A stretch of DNA of 64,000 nucleotides from a virus (taxonomy: Duplodnaviria; Heunggongvirae; Uroviricota; Caudoviricetes), in the IMG/VR virus record IMGVR_UViG_2675903278_000002. One strand, given 5' to 3'. Positions 50,162 to 60,200 of the stretch are shown one piece after another. Numbering within the stretch: position 1 is the stretch's first letter; the number at the start of each line of letters is the position of its first letter. Below the pieces are notes generated by a model. It was given only the letters and a program-made list of their open reading frames with translations, did not search any database and was not told the origin of the DNA. The translations under genes and the position numbers were made by a program.

Positions 50162-53100
50162 ATGTCACAAAACGTAGAGTTTATCCTGTCGCTGGAAGAC
50201 AAACAGTTTACAGCGTCAATCGATCGTGCGGGGAAACTGCTTACTCGATTTGGTGAGCAGGTAACAAAGCCTGCTCAAAAAATCCAAACCTTTGAACGCT
50301 CTTTGGGTTCGGTCGCCCGTATCATTGGCGTTCTGGAAAGCAAGCTCGATTCTACGGCAGATAAACTACAGGATGTAGCTGCCGGTTTTGAGCTTGCTTC
50401 AGATGCTACGCGTAAAATGCGTGGCAACATCACCAGCCTCAATTCTGGTCTTAAAGCCCTGATTGAGCGCGTCGATACGACAACTTCTTCAGTAGATAAA
50501 CTCACCGCGTCATTACGTAAAGTGCAATCAGAGCTAAATGATTTCTCTGATTGGGCGACCTATGCAAGCAAAAGCGCAAGCCGCTTTGGTACGGAGGTCA
50601 AAGAAGCCTCTGCGTCCGTGAGTGGCATGAATACGCGCCTTAATACCACGACGAAGCGACTCAGTAATTGGGGTGTCACAACGAGTCAGGCTGCCGAGGG
50701 ACTGAAAAAGGTTCGTGAGCAGATGGACGAAGTTATCGGACGTCAGCAACTGATTAGCAAGCCGGTACGCGTTCGTACATCTGGAAGTGGCGATGGTGGT
50801 AGCGGGCGGCGTAGCGGCGCTTCTGGCCATAGCGGTAAAAGTAACGAAGGAGGTATGTTCTCTGGCCTTCGTGGCAACATTTTCCTGCTTGGCGAGATCG
50901 GAGATGCAGCCAGAACGGTTACTGACATCATGTTTGGGTGGCAGAAGCCTATTGTTGAAGCTGCGGCCGAAATGGAACGTATGCGGGTGATGCTTCGAGG
51001 GTTGAATAAGGAGAAGTCCAACCCGGGCCAGGCTGCCGCTGATGATATGAAGTACATCGTAGACATGGCGCAAAATGCGCCGTTCGCGATGCAGGCGTTA
51101 ACAGATTCCTTCGTGAAGTTTCGTTCTGCTGGCTTAGATCCAACCGATGGTTCTCTGAAGGCGCTGGTGGACTCCGTTGCTCGTTTTGGTGGTGATAGTG
51201 AGCTGTTGAAACGTGCGGCTGTGGCCGTTCAGCAGATGTCCGGTAAGGGCGTTGTGTCAATGGAAGAGCTACGTCAGCAATTAGGTGAAGCCGTTCCTAA
51301 CGCGATGCAGGCAATGGCAGACGCCGCAGGCATCACTATGGGGGAACTGACTAAAGCCGTTGCCAGCGGTACGGTTGAGGCAAAACAGGCGTTGTCTCTG
51401 ATGTTTGTTGGTCTGCGTGCGGAGAATGAGAACGCAGCGAAAGACATGATGCAAACCTACACAGGTGCGCTGGCGCAACTTCAGACGTCATTCACGTTAT
51501 TTGCTGATCGGGTTGGTCAGGCCGGATATCTGGATTCTCTATCGAAGGGGATGAAAGAACTGGCTTCAATCATGAATAGCGCCGAAGGGATTTCGTTTGC
51601 CAATTCTTTAGGCTCGGGGTTAACGACGGCAATCGATGGGTTGCGTCAGCTTGCTCAATGGTTAGCAAAGAACCAAGAGCTGGTAATTAATCTCGGTAAG
51701 GTCGTGGCCGCGATGGTTGCGTTCAAACTGATGCGAGCAGGGATCATGGGGGTAGTTGGCGCAGGCAGCCAGATGGTTAGCACCTTTGCCACGATGGCGA
51801 CCGCCATACAGACCCCATTTAACCTCGGCGCTACAGCAGTAACCCGATTCAATCGTGCGGCACGTATGGGGCTGGCTCCGATCCCCTCTCTTATTTTCGC
51901 CATCCGTGGGGCGATTACGGGGCTTAAAGGCGCTTTTGCTGGATTAACGGCGTTCATTGCGGCAAACCCTATAGGGGCAGCATTTACAGTCGCCACTGTA
52001 GCTGTTGCTGGCCTAATCACGTACATGACCATGCTCCGCAGCGAAACTTCAAAGGTCGTTGACGAGATTAGGAAAATACCAGAGGCGATGACGGCGGCCA
52101 AACGTGCACAAATGGCCGACCGCGCAGAAAAGCTCGAAAAGCAGATTCTTGCTGATCAACGAGCATTAAAAACTGGTGAGGGTGTTAATTACGTATCTAA
52201 CTCTGCCGGTGTTATTACTCACAAAGAGTCGAAGGCTGACATCGAAGCACGCCTGAAAAAAAATCAGGAAGAGTATCAAAAGATAACCGGCACGATAGCT
52301 CTTGGTGACGGCGCTGTAGCAAAGCGTTTGGCTAAAGAGGCTGCCGAATCTCAGATTGAGAAAATTCGAGCGGAAAACCAGATTTTCGCGGCAACATTCG
52401 TGAAAGCCCGGCAAGAGGCTCTGGATAAGATCCAGAAAATCAATGATGACGGTTCACTTTCAGATGACGAAAAGAACAAGCTATTGGCACCGTTACGTGA
52501 AACGGTAAACAAAAGCTATCTGGAGCCTGCGCAAAAACTGGTTGATTCACTTTCTTCTCGTAAGAATGCGACCGAGAAGCAAATTGCGACTCTTAATGAT
52601 CAGCTTGAAAAAGCCAAAAAGGATGGAAATACCGAGCAGATCCAGAAACTGCAAGGCAGTATTCGTGGTTATCAGGAGCATTTGGAAGCCGTTGCTCAGG
52701 AGCTGACTCAGGCAGAGTTCGAGAGAGATAACGCGGCCAAAACTGGTAAGGGCGTAATGTCAAACCAGGGGACTGTTCTTGGGTTAGGTACAACTGATAA
52801 AGCTGCTCAGAAGGCGTTGGCGCAATATATGCGAAACCAGATGGATTCTGCGACTTATCAGCGTACTTTGCCTGACGGCACTCCGATGATGGACTTCGAA
52901 GGTAAGCCGATTATTGGGCCTAAACAACTCAAGACGCAGCTTAATTTGCAGAAAGCATCCAGTGCCAGCTCTCTGGAGAAAATGAGCGATGAAGAGCGTG
53001 CCGCAGCCATTGCCGCACTTACTAAAGCTCGTGAACAGGATGCAGCAGCTGCCGAGAAAGCAGCCCAACGATCAGCTAACGCCTCGCAGCGTGCGGCCAA

Positions 53101-54733
53101 GAAGGAACAGGCAGCGCAACAGAAACTGGCAGCCGGATACCAGAAGGCTCTGGACAAAGCTGATCAGCTTATGGGGCAAATGGGTGAAAGCTCTAAGGCT
53201 ACGGTATCGTTTGATCAGTCTCTTCGCGATACAACGAAATCGCTGACAGATTTGGCTAATGCGGTACCTAACGAGTTCATCACTCAAGAGATGATCGACA
53301 AGGCGAAAAAACGTCTTGAAGACCTCAAAAATGCGACACCTGAATATCGCGAGATGTTTAATCGCCGCAATGTTGAGCAGATGATCTCCACTTGGGCACC
53401 GGAGGCGGATTCCATTATTAGTGCTGGCTATACGCCGTCTCGCGAAGAGAAAGTTGCTGATTTCGAAGACACCTACAACCGCAATCTCAAAGCGTTGATA
53501 GAACTTCGTGATAAGGCGTCTGATCCTAAAGTTGTGGCGCTTTATACAAAGAAAATCAATCAACTGATTGCTGCTGGCAATACCGCGCTTATTAAAGAGA
53601 CGGGGACTGCGACGCAGAAGTTGGCACTGGAATACGAAAATCTGGCAGAGCAGATCGAAAGCACCTGGACTGATTTGTTTAGTGGCTTAACTGATGTCCT
53701 GACTGATTTCGTTATTAACGGGAAGATGAGCTTCTCCAGCCTATCTCAGTCCATTTTGAAAGATATCACCAATATGGTCGTGAAGTCGCAGATCACGCTG
53801 CCTCTAATGAACATGTTGGGGATGGGAACCACCGCAGCTGGTAGTTCACAGAGTGGTAATTTGCTCACCGGGGTTGCTTCCGCAGTTGCCAATCAAGGTG
53901 TGCGCATAAGCAACACTGTTAATGGCGACAAGTCGGTAGGAGAAGCCACGAAGGAGACGTCCAGTTCGGTAACTGGATTGGGGCAAACGACACAGCAGAC
54001 CACCAGCGCAATTGGCACAGCAACAAATGCGATTGGTAGCTGGGTATCAGGGCTATTTAATAGCACCGAAGCCAAAGATGCTGAGACAAAAGCAGTGAAG
54101 GACTCCATCTTCTCGATGCAGAACCTCAGCTCTGTTACCGGCGCTCTGTCTGCCGCGTTTGCAATGCTTGGAGCTAATGCTTCCGGCTCTGGTAATAAGT
54201 GGTTGAATTTCGGCGCGACAGTTGCATCTGGTTTGGTTTCAGTATGGGCTGGTGGTGGATTCGATGGATTGATGTCCGGTTCTTCTGGCTCAACTTCCGG
54301 GTTCAACAATCTGACCAGTTCTGCTGCCGATGGCACGAATGGTATTCCTGCAATTCCGAAGTTTGCAAATGGTGGCATATTCGGAAAAGACGGCGTGATC
54401 CCGCTCCGGGCATACCAGAAAGGCGGTATCGCCAACTCACCTCAATTGGCGTTGTTTGGGGAAGGCGATATGAATGAGGCGTATGTTCCATTGCCTGATG
54501 GTCGAACAATCCCTGTAACGCTCAGTACCGATGGTATGAGTGGAGGAGGAAATGTTCTTTCTCCGGTATCAATTGAGATCAACGTCCATAGTGACGGTAG
54601 CACAACTGAATCCGGCGATACAGAAAGCATATGGAACAATGCCGCTCAACGGATGAAAGCAATCGCGCTTGAGACTATCGCTCAAGAGAAACGCCCTGGC
54701 GGATCACTCAACCCAAACACTCAACGTAACTAA
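50162..54733 (+). CDS. Tail tape measure protein
   Basis: 1523 aa from ATG 50162. Long helical A/Q/K/E-rich sequence with central hydrophobic segments. Synteny supports the call. Confidence 0.9.
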   Translation: MSQNVEFILSLEDKQFTASIDRAGKLLTRFGEQVTKPAQKIQTFERSLGSVARIIGVLESKLDSTADKLQDVAAGFELASDATRKMRGNITSLNSGLKALIERVDTTTSSVDKLTASLRKVQSELNDFSDWATYASKSASRFGTEVKEASASVSGMNTRLNTTTKRLSNWGVTTSQAAEGLKKVREQMDEVIGRQQLISKPVRVRTSGSGDGGSGRRSGASGHSGKSNEGGMFSGLRGNIFLLGEIGDAARTVTDIMFGWQKPIVEAAAEMERMRVMLRGLNKEKSNPGQAAADDMKYIVDMAQNAPFAMQALTDSFVKFRSAGLDPTDGSLKALVDSVARFGGDSELLKRAAVAVQQMSGKGVVSMEELRQQLGEAVPNAMQAMADAAGITMGELTKAVASGTVEAKQALSLMFVGLRAENENAAKDMMQTYTGALAQLQTSFTLFADRVGQAGYLDSLSKGMKELASIMNSAEGISFANSLGSGLTTAIDGLRQLAQWLAKNQELVINLGKVVAAMVAFKLMRAGIMGVVGAGSQMVSTFATMATAIQTPFNLGATAVTRFNRAARMGLAPIPSLIFAIRGAITGLKGAFAGLTAFIAANPIGAAFTVATVAVAGLITYMTMLRSETSKVVDEIRKIPEAMTAAKRAQMADRAEKLEKQILADQRALKTGEGVNYVSNSAGVITHKESKADIEARLKKNQEEYQKITGTIALGDGAVAKRLAKEAAESQIEKIRAENQIFAATFVKARQEALDKIQKINDDGSLSDDEKNKLLAPLRETVNKSYLEPAQKLVDSLSSRKNATEKQIATLNDQLEKAKKDGNTEQIQKLQGSIRGYQEHLEAVAQELTQAEFERDNAAKTGKGVMSNQGTVLGLGTTDKAAQKALAQYMRNQMDSATYQRTLPDGTPMMDFEGKPIIGPKQLKTQLNLQKASSASSLEKMSDEERAAAIAALTKAREQDAAAAEKAAQRSANASQRAAKKEQAAQQKLAAGYQKALDKADQLMGQMGESSKATVSFDQSLRDTTKSLTDLANAVPNEFITQEMIDKAKKRLEDLKNATPEYREMFNRRNVEQMISTWAPEADSIISAGYTPSREEKVADFEDTYNRNLKALIELRDKASDPKVVALYTKKINQLIAAGNTALIKETGTATQKLALEYENLAEQIESTWTDLFSGLTDVLTDFVINGKMSFSSLSQSILKDITNMVVKSQITLPLMNMLGMGTTAAGSSQSGNLLTGVASAVANQGVRISNTVNGDKSVGEATKETSSSVTGLGQTTQQTTSAIGTATNAIGSWVSGLFNSTEAKDAETKAVKDSIFSMQNLSSVTGALSAAFAMLGANASGSGNKWLNFGATVASGLVSVWAGGGFDGLMSGSSGSTSGFNNLTSSAADGTNGIPAIPKFANGGIFGKDGVIPLRAYQKGGIANSPQLALFGEGDMNEAYVPLPDGRTIPVTLSTDGMSGGGNVLSPVSIEINVHSDGSTTESGDTESIWNNAAQRMKAIALETIAQEKRPGGSLNPNTQRN

Positions 54734-54775
54734 CTATCGACTGCCCCGACCGGGGCAGTCTCACAAGGATGTGAG

Positions 54776-55111
54776 ATGGAAAGACAAACGTTTAATTGGT
54801 ATCCAGATTACGAATCTGAAAAGAGCGTAAAACCGAATGTAACGGTACTTAATTTTGGTGATGACTACGAGCAGCGACAGGCTCAAGGTCTTAATCGTAT
54901 TAAAGAAGAATGGTCGTTAACCTTTACCAGATCATACAACGAAATTAATGCAATCGATGACTTCCTGACTGAGCGAGCAGGCGTTGAGTCGTTCTATTGG
55001 GTTAATCCAAGAGGAAAACGGATTGTAGTTGTATGTGACAGTCATACGGTCAAGCGATATCAGGGGTACTGTGTCTTAACTGCTACATTCAGACAAGTAT
55101 TTGAGGCTTAA
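54776..55111 (+). CDS. Minor tail protein, lambda gpM-like
   Basis: 111 aa. Alignable to gpM (..V.FGD.Y.QR...GLN......W.L.F......E...I..FL...G...F.W.P). Confidence 0.8.
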   Translation: MERQTFNWYPDYESEKSVKPNVTVLNFGDDYEQRQAQGLNRIKEEWSLTFTRSYNEINAIDDFLTERAGVESFYWVNPRGKRIVVVCDSHTVKRYQGYCVLTATFRQVFEA

Positions 55112-55117
55112 GTATCT

Positions 55118-55143
55118 GGATAAGTAAGTACTAATTTACTATC
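55118..55143. promoter_or_regulatory. Box B palindrome-family copy
   Basis: GGATAAGTAAGTACTAATTTACTATC. Confidence 0.5.
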
Positions 55144-55193
55144 ATTGTGGCGCTGACAGGATGTTAGCGCCTACTTATTTCAAGGATGAAACA

Positions 55194-55892
55194 ATGGGAA
55201 TTAAAGCTGATATTCAGAGCTTATCTCCCTCTGCACTCATTGAGTTGTTCGTACTGGATATGTCGAACACAACTTCAGGGGGGAAGTTATTCTTCCACGC
55301 CGGAACAAACGAACTGATGCAACCTGTCGTCTGGCAAGGAGTGACATACGAGCCGTGGCCAATCAAAGCATCAGGCTTTGACAAAACTGGCCAGGGAACG
55401 TTGCCACGTCCAAAAATTCAGGTATCGAACTTTGCCGGAACCGTCTCTGCGGAAGTTCAGGCGAACGACGATCTTGTTGGCTGCCGCATTATTCGCAAGA
55501 TGACGCTGGCTCGCTTCCTCGATGCCGTTAATTTTAAAGACGGCAACCCAACAGCAGATCCAAACCAACATTTCCCGGATGAAATGTGGTTTATCGAACA
55601 GAAAACTCTCGAAACTCATCAGGTTGTCGAGTTTGAATTGTCCAGTGTGTTCGATTTGATGGGGGTGCAACTGCCGTATCGTCAGATCATTAAAAACACC
55701 TGCCCGTGGAAATACCGAGGGCCAGAATGCGGCTATACCGGTCCATATTTCGACAAAAATAACCAGCAGACGTCTATGTCTGGTGCTGATTACTGCACAA
55801 AACGTTATGACGCCTGTAATGCGCGTCGGAATTATTTTGCCAACGGAGTGATCCATTTTGGCGGGTTTATTGGAGCTACGCGATATGGGTAA
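55194..55892 (+). CDS. Minor tail protein, lambda gpL-like
   Basis: 232 aa from ATG 55194, the same length as gpL. ARFLDAVNF and C.W.YRG.ECGY.GP (Fe-S Cys cluster) are conserved. Confidence 0.85.
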   Translation: MGIKADIQSLSPSALIELFVLDMSNTTSGGKLFFHAGTNELMQPVVWQGVTYEPWPIKASGFDKTGQGTLPRPKIQVSNFAGTVSAEVQANDDLVGCRIIRKMTLARFLDAVNFKDGNPTADPNQHFPDEMWFIEQKTLETHQVVEFELSSVFDLMGVQLPYRQIIKNTCPWKYRGPECGYTGPYFDKNNQQTSMSGADYCTKRYDACNARRNYFANGVIHFGGFIGATRYG

Positions 55893-56682
55893 TAAAGCAA
55901 TCCCTGAGCTTGGCTCTGATGTTATGCAGCAAATCTATCTCTGCGCCATAAATCGCTACCCTAATGAAGCGTGTGGCTTTCTGGTGAGAACTAATGGCGA
56001 CAAATATCGCTTTATGGAAGCGCGAAATGTTTCGGAGAACCCGCAGAACACTTTTGTAATGCACGTTGACGACATTATGGCGGCAGAGGATGCAGGTGAC
56101 GTAATCGCAATCTGGCATTCACATACTGATGAATCAGCAGAAGCATCTGATGCCGATCGTGCAGGCTGTGAAGCGACGGAAGTTCCGTGGATGATTCTGG
56201 CTATTCGCAAGAATGTTGAGGGAGATGCCCCTTTCCATTTTAGCGAGATGAATGTGATCACACCTGATGGTTTCGAAATGCCATACCTGGGTAGACCGTA
56301 TGTATTTGGCGTATTCGATTGCTGGATGTTGTGTCGGGACTATTTGAAGCGTGAGTTTAACGTCGAGCTTAACCCGAACGCACACCTGCATATTCCATCG
56401 TGGTACACCGGCGATAACGACATTCTCGACCAGAACTACCGAAACGAGGGATTGGTACGGCTTGCGCCTGGAACAGAGCCTCAACGTGGGGACGTCTTCT
56501 TTATTCAATACGGGAAAATGCCAGATCACTGCGCGGTTTATATCGGCGATGGAATGATTCTTCATCACCAGATCGACCGTCTTAGTTGTCGTGCTTATTA
56601 CGGCGGAATGTATCAGAAACATACGACGCATCACTTGCGTCACAGAGACTTGCTCAAGGGAGATGAGACGTGTCTGAGTTAG
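55885..56682 (+). CDS. Tail tip assembly protein, lambda gpK-like (MPN/JAMM plus NlpC/P60)
   Basis: EACGFLV...WHSHT..S...S..D matches JAMM, and FDCWMLCRDY...H matches NlpC/P60. Confidence 0.85.
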   Translation: MGNKAIPELGSDVMQQIYLCAINRYPNEACGFLVRTNGDKYRFMEARNVSENPQNTFVMHVDDIMAAEDAGDVIAIWHSHTDESAEASDADRAGCEATEVPWMILAIRKNVEGDAPFHFSEMNVITPDGFEMPYLGRPYVFGVFDCWMLCRDYLKREFNVELNPNAHLHIPSWYTGDNDILDQNYRNEGLVRLAPGTEPQRGDVFFIQYGKMPDHCAVYIGDGMILHHQIDRLSCRAYYGGMYQKHTTHHLRHRDLLKGDETCLS

Positions 56683-57263
56683 TTCATGTGCAGCTTGGCG
56701 GCCCTATGGCCAAACATTTTGGCCGCCACTGGCATCTAAAGGTGCGCAATACAAAACAGGCTCTGGATTTAATTGAGGCCAACAAGCCTGGGTTTAAAGC
56801 ATGGATGAAGCGCAATATCAAAACCTATGACCGTTACCACATCCAGATCACCAATAAACAGGGCCACAAGTGGTCTGTTGACGAAAGTGAATATCAGATG
56901 ATGGGGCAGTCTGACAACATTGCCAAAATCCGCATTACACCTGTTCCGCGAGGAAGCGGTGGATCTGCTTTTGGGTGGTTTCAGACGGTAGTAGGGGCCG
57001 CTTTGTTGGTTGTATCGGCGGTAGTGATGCCTGCTTTAGCACCTCTCGGTTTGTCACTGATGATGGGCGGCATATCACAAATCATATCGCCGCAAGCCAC
57101 TAACGAAAGTGTGAGACAGGCAGATAACTCGAACTCTTATTATTTCGACGGCCCTCAAAATACAGAAAACCAGGGCAACCCAGTACAACTTATCTATGGC
57201 GAGGAAATTCTGGTTGGCTCACAGGTTGTGAGTTCTTCAATCACGATTGACCAGCTAATGTAA
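56670..57263 (+). CDS. Tail assembly protein, lambda gpI-like
   Basis: GTG start overlapping the K-like gene. Gly-rich hydrophobic core, with QLIYGEEILVGSQVVS matching gpI VLYGEMRVGSRVVS. Confidence 0.8.
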   Translation: MSELVHVQLGGPMAKHFGRHWHLKVRNTKQALDLIEANKPGFKAWMKRNIKTYDRYHIQITNKQGHKWSVDESEYQMMGQSDNIAKIRITPVPRGSGGSAFGWFQTVVGAALLVVSAVVMPALAPLGLSLMMGGISQIISPQATNESVRQADNSNSYYFDGPQNTENQGNPVQLIYGEEILVGSQVVSSSITIDQLM

Positions 57264-57280
57264 ACAAGGATTTTTTGAAC

Positions 57281-60200
57281 ATGGAACAGTTCAAGAAGAA
57301 AAAGCTACCGCTGTTTATTGCCGGTGCGGGTGGTAAAAAAAGCAGCAAAAGCTCCAGCCGTACACCGGTTGAAGCCGACGATACCGTAAATTCTCGTGCA
57401 ATGGCCGCTATCCTCGATCTTCTTGGGGAAGGGGTAATTGGCGGCTTAGTAAATGGCGCAAGATCTATTTTTATCGACGATCTGCCGATTGTAAATGAAG
57501 ACGGTTCCTCCAACTTCAGCGGAATCACATGGGATTTTCGCGACGGTTCACAAGACCAGACTCCAATGTCTGGCTTTGATTTCGTTGAAACGCCTAAATC
57601 CGTCAATATCCAGTTAAAAAAAACACATTATGTAACGGTTTCAATCGATAACGATGAAGCTGATCGGGTTCGTGTCATCATGAAGTTTCCTTCTTTGCGA
57701 AGCATAGATAAAAAAACTGGTGACACGAACGGTACGACTGTTGAGTACAAGTTCCAGATAGCAAATGGCGACTCAACATTTGTAGATGTGGTCGCTGAAG
57801 GTGAAAAAAGCGTTGGCATTAAGCTAACAGCAAAGAAGACCGGCGTTTATTACCGTAGCTATGAGCTGAAGCTGCCTAAGCCTGGACGAGCATACAAGGT
57901 TCGTGTGGTCCGTATTACCGATGATAACAGTAGCCAGTATCTCTATAACGATACATGGGTGGATTCAATCGGGGAAATTGTCGATACACCGATGAACTAT
58001 CCAAACTCTGTTTTGGTTGGATTGAAGGTAAACTCTGAGCAATTCGGCAGCACCATGCCATCTCGCTCTTATCTGGTGCGTGGCCTAAAAATTCGAGTAC
58101 CTTCAAACTATAACGAGTCCAGTAACACTTACGCTGGGGTATGGGATGGCACTTTTAAGCTGTTGTCTTCTTCGAACCCCGCGTGGATTCTCTTTGATTT
58201 GCTGACCAATGCTCGATATGGCCTTGGTCAGTATGTGTCGGAATCTATGATTGACCTTGGCCAGTTGTACCAGATTGGTCGATATTGTGACGAAGAGGTC
58301 GATGATGGCTTTGGTGGCAAAGAGAAACGCTTTGCAATCAATACGCAGATCACCAGTCGACAGGACGCATACCGGCTAATTCAGGATATTGCCGGAGCAT
58401 TCCGCGGCATGGTGTTTTGGGCTGGTGGGATGGTTAACATCATGCAGGATAGCCCATCAGATCCGGTAATGATGTTTACCAACTCTAACGTCAAAGATGG
58501 ATTGTTTACCTATAAAGGTTCTGCGCGTAAAGATCGCCCATCCGTTGCGCTCGTAACCTACAACAACAAGGAGGACGGTTATAAGCAAAACATCGAGTAC
58601 GTCGAAGATCAGGACGCAATGCGCCGTTATGGTGAGCGTAAAACAGAAGTCGTAGCATTTGGCTGTACAAGCCGAGGGCAGGCTCACCGAGTTGGTTTGT
58701 GGCTTTTATATACCGCCAGAATGGAGTCGGATGTAATTACATTTACTGCCGGCTTAGACGCGTCATTTCTGATGCCTGGTGAAACCGTTCTGATTCAGAA
58801 CAAATATCGCGCAGGCAAACGTAACTCAGGTCGAATTGTGGCGTTTACCAAAAACAGCGTCACACTCGATGCGCCTGTGTCGTTAGCCAAAGGCGGCTGC
58901 TTTATTCGAATACTGAATCAGGAAGGCAAAATCGTTGAACGCGATGTTCTTGAAACTGGCGAAAATATAACAAAAGTTACGTTTTCAAAAGCCCTGTCTT
59001 CGGCTGAAACGCCTGTTTTGAACGGCGTCTGGACTATTACAGAACCAGACCTCGAACCTATGCGCGTTCGCATCGTTAACATCGCGCAGGGGGAAACGCC
59101 GGGTAGCTTTGACATCACCGCTGTTGAGAACAATCCGTCTAAATATGAGGCAATCGACAATGGTGCAACGCTGATCCCGCAGAATACGACGGTATTGGAC
59201 CCAACTTACTCCAAGCCATCTAATTTGCAAATCACTGAAGGGACTTATCTCTCAAGCCCGGGCAACCTGTCAGTAAAACTGACTGCAACATGGGAAGGGA
59301 AATCTCCAGAGTATTGGATCAGTTGGCGACGTTCTGATGAAAACAATGTATCGAACTGGCAATCGGCGCGTGTAACCGAAGAGCAATACGAAATCGTTAA
59401 TGTCGCGGAGAATGGACGCTACGACTTCCAGCTGTATGCGGTTTCATTCAACGGTAAAAAAACAGAGATTATCAGTGCCGTTTATCAGGTGTTGGGCACA
59501 ATGACACCGCCGGATTCCCCAACGTCATTAACGGCCGTTGGAGACTATCGTAATGTGATACTGAATTGGGTTAATCCAGATTCGGTAGACCTTGATCACA
59601 TTAATGTTTACGCATCCCAGACCAACAATCTGGATACGGCGAAACTGATCGCAGAGTCTGCAAGCACCACCTTTACACATGCTGGTCTTGGGGATAGCGA
59701 AACGTGGTATTACTGGGTTCGAGCATCGAACAAGCGAGGTATGTTAAGTCCTCCGAACTCAAACTTGGGTACAGAGGCGACAACTCGCGATGTACTGTCG
59801 TTCCTGACTGGCAAAATTACATCTTCCGAGCTTGGTCAGGCTCTGCTTGAGGACATCAACAGCAAAGCCTCTCAAGAAGCAGTTGACGAGTTAAATGAGC
59901 ATATCAACCAGAGCGTCGAATCTTTGGAGGGGGCGGTAAACGACGTTAAGGAAGATATAGCTGAATTAGATCAGCAGTTCAGCGATAACCTCGCGGATTT
60001 TGAAATAAAATTCAACGAGCGTAGCGATGCTTTGGAGAACGCACAAACCGAGCTTAAAGGTGAGGTTTCGGCAACGATCGACAAGGTCAATGAAGCGTTT
60101 GAAAAAATTGATGCTACTGATGCTGCAATTGTTGAAATCGAAAACACCGTATCTGAACACGATAAAGCTCTCGCTAATACAGTCGAGGCAATAAAGGCTG

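Noticed and set aside
50275-54639. Multiple 65-180-aa ORFs on the minus strand and in alternative plus frames within the tape-measure gene
   Set aside because: They are frame artefacts of a long Ala/Gln/Lys-rich coding sequence and have no independent start signals.
55371-56643. Minus-strand ORFs 55371-55856, 55956-56261 and 56134-56643
   Set aside because: They are antisense to the gpL-like and gpK-like genes, which have clear lambda homology.
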